Notes: generated by a model not told the origin, from the letters alone. A stretch of DNA of 64,000 bases from Methanobacteriota archaeon (GCA_038141355.1 JAYQHX010000002.1:165073-229072); one strand, 5' to 3'; counted from the first letter of the stretch, positions 1 through 11,800 are shown. Made by a program: numbers and translations.

Positions 1-452
1 TTGCCGGCATAACACGCATAACAAGCGCGACCGATTTTTACAAGACCAGCATCTTCTCTAGAGAAATCCTGGTTTTGTTCCGATACATTACATCCTTCTT
101 TGAAAGGAATTACTTCGTAGTAGAATCCACCCTCTGTTAAGTCAGCCCATTCCCATGAAGAGTTATATTCGGGGTTTTCAGTAATCGTCACTTGAGTATT
201 ATCGCATACGTCCCAGATGTCGTTTTCGTCTTCATCCACATACACTCCCTTTACCCAGAAAGTTATGCCGCTATCTCCTAAACCATCATTATCTTCGATT
301 GTTATTGTTCCATTGGTTGAATTTTCAAATTCGAACTTATCCCAATCTTCACCTGCTTCGACTGCATTATCGATTCCGACTGCAAATCCAATGATTCCTA
401 TAACCAATAAGACTGCACCTAATATCAACAAAACTTTCGCTGCCATTCGCAT
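1..452 (-). CDS. hypothetical exported/membrane-anchored protein, N-terminal part only (3' end lies beyond the window start)
   Basis: Reverse-strand ATG at 452-450 gives MRMAAKVLLILGAVLLVIGIIGFAVG..., a hydrophobic N-terminal helix, and stays open to base 1. It is missing from the ORF track only because no stop falls in the window. The + ORF 217..480 is its low-complexity antisense shadow. Confidence 0.55.
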   Translation of the reverse strand, partial: MRMAAKVLLILGAVLLVIGIIGFAVGIDNAVEAGEDWDKFEFENSTNGTITIEDNDGLGDSGITFWVKGVYVDEDENDIWDVCDNTQVTITENPEYNSSWEWADLTEGGFYYEVIPFKEGCNVSEQNQDFSREDAGLVKIGRACYACYAG

Positions 453-454
453 GT

Positions 455-1750
455 GTGACGCTTCGAGAGCGGATATTTAGCAATATGTCTGCAAGGGGCT
501 ACTTTTTCAACGGTCGGCGCTACCCTTCGTTTATGCAGGAACAACTGTCAACTTTGGTTGGGCCTGAGGGTGAAGATTGGAGAGTTCCGGTTTCTGAATT
601 AGAATCAAGGCAGATACGATTGTCAAAATTGCTCCAAGAAAATGACTTAGAAGCAGCGTTAATTCAACATCCAGTTGATCTGTATTATTATGCAGGTGGA
701 AGACAAAACGCCTCCCTGCTGGTAAAATCTGATGGTGAATCAAGGCTTTTTGTACGTAGGTCACTATCTCGTGCAAAGTACGAGTCTGGTGAAAATGATT
801 CTCCCCATACGATTGAAAATTTTCCAAGAATGGCTGAATTTGCAGAGTCCATTGGTTGTATTCCTGCTATGCAATTTGGAGAATTGCCTCACACTTTCGC
901 AGATAGATTTGCATCAAAAATCGGAGCGACAGAAGATTGCACAGCAATTGTTCACGGCCAAAGAGAAATCAAGAGTGCTTGGGAAATTCAAATGATGGAA
1001 GAAGGGGCTTCAGTGCAGATGGAAATGTTCGAGGCAGTTGCAAAAGTTGGTGGTGAAGGTGTCTCTGAAATCGAATTAGTCGCTGCAGCGGAGGCTGTGA
1101 GTAGAGCCGCTGGTTTTGGCGGTAATGTGCAAATGCGCAGATTCCCTTTGCAATGCGATAGAGGGGTGATAGTTTCTGGCCGTGCGGGAGGAATACCCTC
1201 ATTCTTTGATTCAGCGATTGGTGGAACAGGCCCTCATCCAATGGCATCTATGGGTAGTGGATTTACAAAAATCAAAGCCAATGAACCCGTTTTAGTAGAC
1301 CTAGTACATCTTCATAGGGGATACGTTGTTGATACAACTAGAATGTTTGCAGCCGGTTCCTTACCCAGTATTTGGGAAGAACGTCTAGAAGATATGGTTG
1401 CGGTGAAAGATGTAGTTGTGGATGTTCTAGACCAAGGCTTGAACTGTTCAGAGGCTTGGCGACAAGGGCACTCTTTGGCATCAGAATTAGGACATGCTGA
1501 ACACCTAATGGGAATGAGTCCAGACCAATCTAAATTTTTCGGCCACTCCGTAGGTCTGCAATTAGATGAATCACCCGTAGTTGCCGAAGGTTTTGATAGA
1601 CCCTTGCCAACGGGTGGAACAATGGCGATAGAACCCAAGGTGGTTCACGCCGACGGGAGTATTGGAACAGAAGATACCTGGACACGTGATAGTGAAGGTA
1701 TGAGACCAATTACTGCTGATGGTGCAATTCCATGGTTAACAGAATGGTGA
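455..1750 (+). CDS. M24-family metallopeptidase (Xaa-Pro aminopeptidase / prolidase-like)
   Basis: 431-aa ORF with pita-bread-fold blocks recalled from the PepP/PepQ family: REIKSAWEIQMM, VDLVHLHRGYVVDTTRMF, GHSVGLQLDESP, MAIEPKV. Confidence 0.8.
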   Translation: MTLRERIFSNMSARGYFFNGRRYPSFMQEQLSTLVGPEGEDWRVPVSELESRQIRLSKLLQENDLEAALIQHPVDLYYYAGGRQNASLLVKSDGESRLFVRRSLSRAKYESGENDSPHTIENFPRMAEFAESIGCIPAMQFGELPHTFADRFASKIGATEDCTAIVHGQREIKSAWEIQMMEEGASVQMEMFEAVAKVGGEGVSEIELVAAAEAVSRAAGFGGNVQMRRFPLQCDRGVIVSGRAGGIPSFFDSAIGGTGPHPMASMGSGFTKIKANEPVLVDLVHLHRGYVVDTTRMFAAGSLPSIWEERLEDMVAVKDVVVDVLDQGLNCSEAWRQGHSLASELGHAEHLMGMSPDQSKFFGHSVGLQLDESPVVAEGFDRPLPTGGTMAIEPKVVHADGSIGTEDTWTRDSEGMRPITADGAIPWLTEW

Positions 1751-1754
1751 TAAA

Positions 1755-2021
1755 ATGGCTGAAAAAATAGTAATCGATGAAGAATTCACTGACAAATTAA
1801 GCGACTGGGATGAATCTGATGTTGGTAAGAAAATACCAAAGAGAATCACACCTAATGGCACATATTTCAATGAATTTGTAGTTCAAGTATTCTGCCAATT
1901 CTGTGCTACAGAATTTATCGGGCCTGCAAGAGAAGCTGGAGGATTTCTAGGAGGCCACGAATGCTATCACGCTTGGGAAGTTTCTCAAGCCTTAGGAAGA
2001 GAGGATGGCTTGGTGGAATAA
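1755..2021 (+). CDS. hypothetical small Cys/His protein
   Basis: 88 aa with a CQFC...HECYH putative metal site. Its stop abuts the next start (2021/2022), so it is probably co-transcribed with the two following genes. Confidence 0.45.
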   Translation: MAEKIVIDEEFTDKLSDWDESDVGKKIPKRITPNGTYFNEFVVQVFCQFCATEFIGPAREAGGFLGGHECYHAWEVSQALGREDGLVE

Positions 2022-2375
2022 ATGGCTAAGCCATATTCAACAAGTCACATTGGTTTTGTATCTTCGGGATTTACCGATATGAGATTGTCTGGGGCAGTAA
2101 AAGAGCAGATTGTAGATTTGTTGGTTGCTGAAATTGACCGGATGGTTCCAGCGATGGAAGAAGCAACATTGAGTGCAACCCCCGATAAGAAAACCCTAGA
2201 CGACACAAAGCGAACTAGATTGAATTATAATCGTACAAGAGAGTTAATGATTGAAAGATTAAGCAACTTAGAGAGCGTAGGGTCTGAAGCAGTTCAGGCA
2301 GGAATTGAGCACCTTGAAACATACCTCAAAAAATTCTACACGCTGCTGAAAGCGCAGCTGCAAAAGATCGTGTGA
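2022..2375 (+). CDS. hypothetical helical protein, weakly histone-fold-like
   Basis: 117 aa. The segment MRLSGAVKEQIVDLLVAEIDRMVPAMEEA resembles the loop1/helix2 pattern of histone folds. It overlaps the next gene by 4 nt. Confidence 0.4.
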   Translation: MAKPYSTSHIGFVSSGFTDMRLSGAVKEQIVDLLVAEIDRMVPAMEEATLSATPDKKTLDDTKRTRLNYNRTRELMIERLSNLESVGSEAVQAGIEHLETYLKKFYTLLKAQLQKIV

Positions 2376-2806
2376 ACACGATAAAACCTAGACACTTAGC
2401 CGCAATCTCTAGTGTACAAGAATCATCTGAAGAAGAAGGTTCAGAAACCGAGATTGAAATCGAGGAAGATGTACTCCAAGGACAAGTTTCAGGGTCTGCC
2501 CTTACACCTGCAGTTATTCGAAGAATGGCAAAATCATTTGCAGGCATGCCTGTCACTGACGGAGCAATTGAGGAATTGATGATGTGGTATTACGAGGTTG
2601 TTGATGAAACCGGTCAAAACATTAGGGAGCATGCCCAATTAGGTAGTAACCCTGCTAATTTCATCGATGCTCTTGATAAAATGAAAGAACTAATGATGCT
2701 TGGTTGGATTCGAAGAATGCTCGTAAAAGCAGCTGAAGACGCTGAAGAGCGAGGCTACAAGCGAATCGATGTTGAACAACTAATCAATTTAGACCCGTTC
2801 GAATAA
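2372..2806 (+). CDS. hypothetical protein with histone-fold-like segments
   Basis: 144 aa. VIRRMAKSFAGMPVTDGAIEELMMWYYEVVDETGQNIREHAQ matches the helix1-loop1-helix2 pattern of archaeal histones. The C-terminal AEERGYKRIDVEQLINL matches the HAGRKTIKAEDIELA-type loop2/helix3. This is pattern recognition only. Confidence 0.45.
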   Translation: MNTIKPRHLAAISSVQESSEEEGSETEIEIEEDVLQGQVSGSALTPAVIRRMAKSFAGMPVTDGAIEELMMWYYEVVDETGQNIREHAQLGSNPANFIDALDKMKELMMLGWIRRMLVKAAEDAEERGYKRIDVEQLINLDPFE

Positions 2807-3001
2807 TCAAATTGCGCAGGTCATATCTGAGCCACAACACATTGGCGACTTGATTTTACCACAGCCTTCAGGGCACTTGGCTACAGAAACCTTGGTTCCA
2901 TCAGCTTTGGTAATTTCATCTGGTACTAAGTCTGCATTGCACTTAGCACACTTCATTCCTATAACGCCCATTCCACATGATGCACAAGAGTACTGAATCA
3001 T
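2807..3001 (-). CDS. small cysteine-rich metal-binding-type protein
   Basis: 64 aa with 12 Cys: CASC, CAKC, CPEGC, CC, C. It lies 48 nt downstream of katG on the same strand. Confidence 0.55.
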   Translation of the reverse strand: MIQYSCASCGMGVIGMKCAKCNADLVPDEITKADGTKVSVAKCPEGCGKIKSPMCCGSDMTCAI

Positions 3002-3049
3002 GGTTAACCGAAAAGGTATTGCCGTATATCGCTTTCGATTTTTTTGTTA

Positions 3050-5599
<2,550 letters not shown>

Positions 5600-5603
<4 letters not shown>

Positions 5604-6451
5604 AAATATCCATACGCAAAACGCTGGTGGTATGTCTGATGCAGACAATATTGCTCTCGGCCCTTTTCGCTGGCTTAGTAGCGGTATTAGTCACAATGGC
5701 TATAGAAAGATGGGGTGGAATTGTTGGAGGAGTTTTAGGAACAATTCCAACAACAATTATTCCCGCTACCATAGGCATCTATCTTGAAGCAGGTGCAGAT
5801 GACCTTGCTACTAGCATGTCATTGGTTTCGTTTGGAATGTTGCTTAACGCATTATTTATTTGGGCATGGATATATTATCCTTCAAAGAAAGAATCAGTGT
5901 CAGTTCCTGAAATGATATTTGTATCACTAATGTTTTGGTCAGTCCTTGCGATAGGAATGATAATTGCACTCGAATTTGCGTTGAAATATATCTCTGAGTT
6001 CATTATTAGTATCTCTGGATTAATTTTGCTTATCTCTCTCGGTATCTGGATGACCTGGAATCCAAGAAAGGCACCCAAAGGAAAGAACAAAGTTAGCAAA
6101 AACGTACTGATTATTCGAGGTTTTGCTGCAGCAATAGCCATTGGCCTAGCTGTTCATCTATCGAGTATTGGACAACCATTAATCGCAGGATTAGCATCCA
6201 TTTTCCCCGCAATTTTCCTTACCAGTATGGCTGCATTGTGGATTTCACAAGGCCCGGAGGTTCCTTCAGGCGCAGCAGGTCCAATGATGCTTGGAGGGTC
6301 TTCAGTAGCGGTTTATTCTTTGATTGCTCCCCTGGCTTTGCCAGAGTTTGGGGTTGTAATTGGTAGTATAATCACATGGACAGGGTCGGTAGTTTTGATT
6401 TCGCTTCCTGCCTTTTGGTGGTTGAAAATTCGCAATACTGAGGTCCATTAA
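5600..6451 (+). CDS. polytopic membrane protein, unknown function
   Basis: 283 aa with about 8 hydrophobic helices. It overlaps the upstream gene by 4 nt. Confidence 0.6.
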
Positions 6452-6879
6452 CAAGGGTAGCGAACAAACAGACCCACGCAAAACCCTTCCAACGACTTCT
6501 TCCTGTTGGATGGGGCCTCGGATAGTCCCTTGCAACTTATCCGAAAAGATTTGTTGCTGGAATCAATTTTTTTGTAAATCTCATCCAATTTATCCATGAT
6601 GCACTCAAATGCTTGCAGATACGCATGTACAAGTAAACGCCCTCCGTTTAAGCCGGTACTCGTGCCTTCAAATGGGCACTTTCCTGAAACATACAACACA
6701 GATTTACCCTTATACGGTCTATTTTCTGCCTTTTCGGCATATCTTGCATTGATCTGAATCGTTGTATTTTGAGAGGGGAACTTCCATGCGAATCGCAGAA
6801 TCGTTGCATTATCTGTGCGGTTTGTGGTTCTCTGAGGACAAGTGCCCTCGAGGCCATGAATCCCAGTGTCCTTCTCCAA
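6448..6879 (-). CDS. hypothetical protein, C-terminal fragment of a frame-split gene
   Basis: This frame opens just upstream of 6879 (…KKPHSPLEKDTGIHGLEG…) and runs to 6448. Together with 6648..7049 it would give a protein of about 200 aa. The family was not recognised. Confidence 0.4.
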   Translation of the reverse strand: MEKDTGIHGLEGTCPQRTTNRTDNATILRFAWKFPSQNTTIQINARYAEKAENRPYKGKSVLYVSGKCPFEGTSTGLNGGRLLVHAYLQAFECIMDKLDEIYKKIDSSNKSFRISCKGLSEAPSNRKKSLEGFCVGLFVRYPC

Positions 6880-7049
6880 GGGAGAATGGGGCTTCTTTTA
6901 CCGTTCCGCAGAATAACAATCTTGGGTTTACCTTGGTAGTATTCAACTTCACAGGAAAAATCACTATTCAGATATTCATCAATGTCCATGGCCATAATGA
7001 CGAGAGATAGTATATTTTCATTTTGAATTTGGGAGTACCCTTCAAACAC
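6648..7049 (-). CDS. hypothetical protein, N-terminal fragment of a frame-split gene
   Basis: Overlaps ORF 6448..6879 in a different frame. Only the first ~55 aa (…YYQGKPKIVILRNGKR) look like genuine coding sequence before the frame change near 6888-6891. Confidence 0.35.
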   Translation of the reverse strand: MFEGYSQIQNENILSLVIMAMDIDEYLNSDFSCEVEYYQGKPKIVILRNGKRSPILPWRRTLGFMASRALVLREPQTAQIMQRFCDSHGSSPLKIQRFRSMQDMPKRQKIDRIRVNLCCMFQESAHLKARVPA

Positions 7050-7118
7050 CCTTGTTTGAGAATCTCATGGTTGGGTACCCCATACAATGCCCGTGTTTGG
7101 AAGGGGGACCCTTTCAAA

Positions 7119-7817
7119 TTACACTACTGTAGTCTCTTGAATTGCATAGACTATTGACACCAACTGCTCAACAACTGTAAATGAGTTTGAGGGGGTGTAA
7201 TATTGACTGTAAATTAAGTTGTGCGTACAATTCATTGCAGAACCTGACACAATCCATTCGCCATTGTGGGAATGTGTTGGTGATGCTGTAAAATTATAGC
7301 CTTCGCAGTTACTTGAAATCGTTAATCCTCTAATTTCGTTTATGATTAGAGCTTCACCAGAATTGGTAGTAATTGTTGCTAAAACTGAATTACAATTTGG
7401 GCCATACTGCCAAGAATATCCACCAATCAGCCCTCCTCCCATAACGCGTTCTAATGTACCGCTGCAATTTGTTGAATTCCAGTCCTCAGCGGAACTTGGT
7501 ATGCCCATTTCCTTACATTCTTCTCCAAGATATTCTCCTGTATCTGCGTCATAGGATGGGCCAAATTCCAAACATCTCTGTGCTCCACTTGCGTAAGGTT
7601 GACCATCCGTCCATCTTGAATCAAGGATATCACCAGTGGAATACCAAACCCTTTCTTGCGAATTTGTGGTATTATTGTAATAATGGTTATTGATCACAGT
7701 TGTTACTGGAGATGATGCATCATCTGTCCCTTCAGCATCGCCAACTGCACCGTCAAAGCATCCAGACATAGGCAATAAAATCACAAGCATCAATACAAAA
7801 AGTTGGTCATTTCGCAT
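7119..7817 (-). CDS. secreted lipoprotein-like protein, unknown function
   Basis: 232 aa. The N-terminus MRNDQLFVLMLVILLPMSGC is a signal peptide with a lipobox-like Cys. The protein is rich in Cys, Asn and Tyr and has several N-x-S/T sequons. Confidence 0.6.
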   Translation of the reverse strand: MRNDQLFVLMLVILLPMSGCFDGAVGDAEGTDDASSPVTTVINNHYYNNTTNSQERVWYSTGDILDSRWTDGQPYASGAQRCLEFGPSYDADTGEYLGEECKEMGIPSSAEDWNSTNCSGTLERVMGGGLIGGYSWQYGPNCNSVLATITTNSGEALIINEIRGLTISSNCEGYNFTASPTHSHNGEWIVSGSAMNCTHNLIYSQYYTPSNSFTVVEQLVSIVYAIQETTVV

Positions 7818-7984
7818 GATTGGTGCTTAAACTATGGAAAAATAAACCATTCCCCGAAATAATCGAATTCGGAAAGTTTCGAAAGGTTTATCCGAATACC
7901 CATGCGAATGCAATTGTTGTTTGAATGGGATTTACGTGGGACATTTTTGACGCTAGGGTTGTGCACAAAATCAGCGATTTAATG

Positions 7985-8269
7985 TCAAATTCCAGCGATT
8001 ACTAGCAGGGACCCCAACGACATTAAGAGTAGCGAAACTAACGCCTTTTGTCTGTAGTAGCTTTTTGTCCTGAAATTATCCAAATCAAGCAAGCAACAAG
8101 GGCAGTGTGGCCTGGTTGGTGTGAGGGTGATTGTTACTTCTCCGTCTTCCGTAATTTCTATGTTTTTCACTATGTCTCTTTTGGCCCAAACCTCCTCATC
8201 ATGAGGGTCTCGCCAATCAGCAGCGAGCCTAGCAATCTTTCTTTGCAAGGCTACGATTTTTTTGCTCAC
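7985..8269 (-). CDS. DUF59/MIP18-type Fe-S assembly-like protein (C-terminus probably out of frame)
   Basis: EITEDGEVTITLTPTRPHCP matches the DUF59 core. After the A5 run (T5 at 8062-8066 on the + strand) the alternative frame reads KKLLQTKGVSFATLNVVGVPASNRW, which looks more DUF59-like. That frame stops near 7969. Confidence 0.55.
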   Translation of the reverse strand: MSKKIVALQRKIARLAADWRDPHDEEVWAKRDIVKNIEITEDGEVTITLTPTRPHCPCCLLDLDNFRTKSYYRQKALVSLLLMSLGSLLVIAGI

Positions 8270-8451
8270 TCAACATCCTCCAAACGTAAAGTTTCGATCT
8301 TGCCTTCTGCTTCAGCCAATTCTTTTTGACATTCTTTCAAGAGATTAGAACCCTCTTCAAAAAGTTTCAATGTTTCATCTAAATCTGCTCCGCCAGCCTC
8401 TAGTGCGGCGACGATTTCTTCCAGCCTTTTCATTGCTTCAGCATATGTCAT
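8266..8451 (-). CDS. xseB: exodeoxyribonuclease VII small subunit
   Basis: 61 aa. MTYAEAMKRLEEIVAALEAGGADLDETLKLFEEGSNLLKECQKEL is a typical XseB helical hairpin. It overlaps xseA by 4 nt. Confidence 0.85.
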   Translation of the reverse strand: MTYAEAMKRLEEIVAALEAGGADLDETLKLFEEGSNLLKECQKELAEAEGKIETLRLEDVE

Positions 8452-9149
8452 TTTTTCACCTCAGTTTGCACTTTGCCATCCTTGAGTACTATGGTTAAGG
8501 GGTCTCCCTGTTTCAAACCAGCGATGCTTGTCACAGGTTTTCCATTTTCGTTTAAGGCCATGGAATAACCTCGCTGTAGTACTCTTTCTGGATTGGTAGA
8601 TTTTAGAATTGATTCGATTGTTAACAGGCGGTTTTTGCGTGTAGTAATTTGCCTCTCAACAGCATTACTCAATCTTGATTTTAATCTTTCATTACGCAAT
8701 GTAGCATTTGAAATTCCTTTCATCGGTGCCGCACTTAGTCGCAATATCATCGATGAGATTTTTTCATTTTTCTTCACAAAGAAATTATCTATTGCAAAAT
8801 CGAGTCTATCCTGTGCTTGTGCGATTAATGCCAGTAATTCATCCTTGATTGGTACGACTCTCTCAATCGCATTGGAAGGTGTTGAGGCTCTGATATCGGC
8901 AATCATATCGCTAACCAGGAGGTCAGATTCGTGCCCTACTGCGCTTACAACGGGAACTGGGCAATCGATTATTGCTTGACAGACATTTTCTAAATTGAAT
9001 GCCCAAAGGTCTTCTGGAGACCCCCGCCTCGTCCAACAATAATCAAATCTGCGTGATTCCCAGCATAAGCCAATGCTTGGATTATTTGTTCTGGAGCAGT
9101 GACTCCTTGCACTAAAACCGGTATCACGGTGTAAGAAAATCCAGACCAC
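8448..9149 (-). CDS. xseA: exodeoxyribonuclease VII large subunit, C-terminal fragment (frameshifted)
   Basis: The second frame continues exactly where XseA should: SPEDLWAFN…PVVSAVGHESD…IADIRASTPSNAIE, followed by a coiled-coil tail. Genuine coding probably starts near 9025. Confidence 0.85.
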   Translation of the reverse strand: MVWIFLHRDTGFSARSHCSRTNNPSIGLCWESRRFDYCWTRRGSPEDLWAFNLENVCQAIIDCPVPVVSAVGHESDLLVSDMIADIRASTPSNAIERVVPIKDELLALIAQAQDRLDFAIDNFFVKKNEKISSMILRLSAAPMKGISNATLRNERLKSRLSNAVERQITTRKNRLLTIESILKSTNPERVLQRGYSMALNENGKPVTSIAGLKQGDPLTIVLKDGKVQTEVKK

Positions 9150-9631
9150 CTATCTTCAATCAGTCTTTGCATGTCAGACAGGGCTGCGCTTCCCCCTCCG
9201 GTGATAATGTGCAATCTCTTTGGGATTAGAGGGGCTTTCAATCGAGGCCTTTCGATGGTTCCATCCGTTCTCCATTTTTCGATTAATTCTCTCCTAATTC
9301 TTTCTAATTCTCCAATATTTTGGACAGGTTGAACTCTTGATGCCTTGAATTGCATATTGCCTGTTTTGACATAAACATCGATTCCTCCAAGGGCAACTAA
9401 TTTGCTTCCAACTTCGATATTTTGCGATTGAAATGAAGTATTTCCTCCAAACATCACACAATCAATCGACCCATTAGAGTCTGTCAAGGTGAAATAGCTG
9501 TGACCAGATCGTGCGAGTGTTAACTTGGTCAATTCACCTATTATTGCAGCGTTTGCAAGGTACGGCTCATTGACCAATGCCTTTCTAGCAAGGGAAACGT
9601 ATTGCCCAACCTCAATAGGTTCGCCTGCCAT
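8990..9631 (-). CDS. xseA: exodeoxyribonuclease VII large subunit, N-terminal fragment (frameshifted)
   Basis: OB-fold N-terminus, then the catalytic-domain blocks IITGGGSAALSDM and LIIVGRGGG. After GRGGG the frame is lost at a G5 run (C5 at 9021-9025 on the + strand). Confidence 0.85.
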   Translation of the reverse strand: MAGEPIEVGQYVSLARKALVNEPYLANAAIIGELTKLTLARSGHSYFTLTDSNGSIDCVMFGGNTSFQSQNIEVGSKLVALGGIDVYVKTGNMQFKASRVQPVQNIGELERIRRELIEKWRTDGTIERPRLKAPLIPKRLHIITGGGSAALSDMQRLIEDRWSGFSYTVIPVLVQGVTAPEQIIQALAYAGNHADLIIVGRGGGLQKTFGHSI

Positions 9632-9742
9632 AAAAATAATTCAAAGTCCATGGTTATTGAATACTCGCTTTGGAAAGGAAGGAGTTTTGAATGAGGGCAA
9701 TTTCGAAGGCCTGTTCCAGTATGGGGTTGGCCCCTGCTTGGG

Positions 9743-11425
9743 ATGGTGATTTTAATGCCTGACGAAGAAAATGAAGAAGACGATTGGACTTCTTATGCGA
9801 ATGTTGGATTTGGCGCTACAGATTACTCTTTGTGGGAAAATGATGACCAGCAATCAAAAGTCATGGTTGAGCCTGAATGGGATGATGATTACCAATTACA
9901 AATCAATGAATCCGAAATCCCTTCAGCACCCGCACCAGCTGGACTGAAGCATTTGGTGAAGTTAGGTTCATGCGACCACTGTTTGGGAAGAATAGGTGGT
10001 AAGAAGAGATTTAGTCAGTCTATCTTAGAATCTGGTATTGAGGTCAGGAAAGATGTACTGGAAGCAGACTCGTCACTAGAAAATGCTAGAATTGAAGAGC
10101 CGTTGTGTCCATTCTGTGAAAATTTGTTTGAAGAAATTCCACTTTTGTCTGAATTGATTATTGAATCGATTGGAGATAGGGAGTGTTCTAGGCTACAACT
10201 AGGTTCTCGAATTCCAAAAGACCAAACCGAAACCGAAGACCATCTGCGAAAAAGGTACGGTGCTGCAAATTCATCTCCTCTGAAATCAAGTTTGATCGAG
10301 GAGGTTGCAAAGCATTTGAAAGAGTCTGGCTTTGAGATGAAGTTAGTCATTGACAAGCCCGAAATTCTGGCAATAATCGATGTTCTGACTCTAACGGTCG
10401 AACTAGATGTTCGCTCACAATACTTCTATGGAAGATACAGAAAACTGGAAAGAGGCATCCCACAGACAAAATGGCCTTGTAAATCCTGTAAGGGCAGAGG
10501 TTGTAATACGTGTGAAAACACCGGATTACAGTACAAAAATTCAGTTCAAGGTTTGATTGGTGACCCACTTCTTGAGACTTTTGGAAGCACTGAACATTCC
10601 TTCCACGGAATGGGAAGAGAAGACATCGACGTTCGTTGTATGGGCCGGGGAAGACCATTCGTAATAGAATTCAAAGATCCAGTAAAGAGGGATGTAGATT
10701 GTTCGCTTATGATGGATATCATCAACAAATATGCAGAAGGCAGAATTGAGGTCAATTCTATGAGGCCATCAAATCGCAGCGAAGTTGTTAGAGTCAAGGA
10801 TACACCAGCCGAAAAATCCTACAGAATCCGCTATAAAATCGAGCCAATTACAGAATCAGAATTAGACGAATTGACACAAATTTTAGAAATTCCAAAAGAT
10901 AACAGACAGCGAAACACTCGTCGCAAAAAATACTATTCTAACAACCAAAATCATCCTGCTGAAGAAACTGAAGAAGAGGTTGATTATTCGTCCATGAAAA
11001 AGGCTGAATTGGTTGCGATGTGTGAAGAAAAGGGAGTCTCTAAAACTGGAACAAAGGATGTTTTGATTGAGAGATTATTGCAATTTAAGGAGCCGACGCT
11101 ACCTATGCCAAGCGAAGATTTTGTGATGGAAATCATGCAAAAATTGCAGGGCTGTACAATTGCTCAAAGGACTCCGGAAAGAGTAGCCCACAGGAGGGCA
11201 GACAAAATTCGCAAACGGAAGGTAATGGAAACAATCGATCCTGAAATTGAGGTGGTCGACGATAATCTCATGGTTGCTGAATTTAGTTTAAGATGTGAAT
11301 CAGGCACCTATGTCAAAGAAACCGTTCACGGGGATTCTGGTAGAACTCAGCCATCAATTGCCTCGTTAATCAAGGCAAAATGTACGGTGGAATGGCTTGA
11401 TGTTGCCGATATTCATGCTGATTGA
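9743..11425 (+). CDS. pus10: tRNA pseudouridine(54/55) synthase Pus10 with N-terminal acidic extension and SAP-like insertion
   Basis: Zn-ribbon CDHC…CPFC, then CKSCKGRGCNTC, the catalytic block GREDIDVRCMGRGRPFVIEF and the C-terminal VHGDSGRTQPS. At 560 aa it is longer than the ~400-440 aa archaeal Pus10 proteins I recall. Confidence 0.85.
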   Translation: MVILMPDEENEEDDWTSYANVGFGATDYSLWENDDQQSKVMVEPEWDDDYQLQINESEIPSAPAPAGLKHLVKLGSCDHCLGRIGGKKRFSQSILESGIEVRKDVLEADSSLENARIEEPLCPFCENLFEEIPLLSELIIESIGDRECSRLQLGSRIPKDQTETEDHLRKRYGAANSSPLKSSLIEEVAKHLKESGFEMKLVIDKPEILAIIDVLTLTVELDVRSQYFYGRYRKLERGIPQTKWPCKSCKGRGCNTCENTGLQYKNSVQGLIGDPLLETFGSTEHSFHGMGREDIDVRCMGRGRPFVIEFKDPVKRDVDCSLMMDIINKYAEGRIEVNSMRPSNRSEVVRVKDTPAEKSYRIRYKIEPITESELDELTQILEIPKDNRQRNTRRKKYYSNNQNHPAEETEEEVDYSSMKKAELVAMCEEKGVSKTGTKDVLIERLLQFKEPTLPMPSEDFVMEIMQKLQGCTIAQRTPERVAHRRADKIRKRKVMETIDPEIEVVDDNLMVAEFSLRCESGTYVKETVHGDSGRTQPSIASLIKAKCTVEWLDVADIHAD

Positions 11426-11500
11426 AATATCGCGGTGCTTATATGGGGCGGGTAGGTCGCCAAGTTGCTCGGAAGGTCATTTTGACAGTATGAGTGGAGT

Positions 11501-11800
11501 GTGTTATACATGAAGAAGTCCAAGGGACAACGCCAAGGTACCCGTTCTATCCTGACTCGCGGACGCCACGCAAGAGGACGCATCAACATTGGCCGTGTCA
11601 TGCACGACTACCAAGAAGGCGACCGTGTTGCTATCGTTTTGGACGGTGGACAACAACAAGGGATGCCACATAGAAGATTCCAAGGCAAGACCGGATTTAT
11701 TCAATCTCGCCAAGGCAGAGCATGGGTAGTTGCAGTTAAGGATGGCAACATGCAAAAGACAGTTGTCGCAAGACCTGAACACCTTAGACCATTGGAGTGA
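11501..11800 (+). CDS. rpl21e: 50S ribosomal protein L21e
   Basis: KSKGQRQGTRSILTR…EGDRVAIVLDGG…GMPHRRFQGKTG is a typical L21e. The real start is probably the ATG at 11510. Confidence 0.9.
   Translation: MLYMKKSKGQRQGTRSILTRGRHARGRINIGRVMHDYQEGDRVAIVLDGGQQQGMPHRRFQGKTGFIQSRQGRAWVVAVKDGNMQKTVVARPEHLRPLE

Noticed and set aside
217-480. 87-aa + strand ORF at the window start
   Set aside because: Its Ser/Pro/Thr-rich translation is low complexity. The opposite strand encodes a plausible membrane-anchored protein starting at 452.
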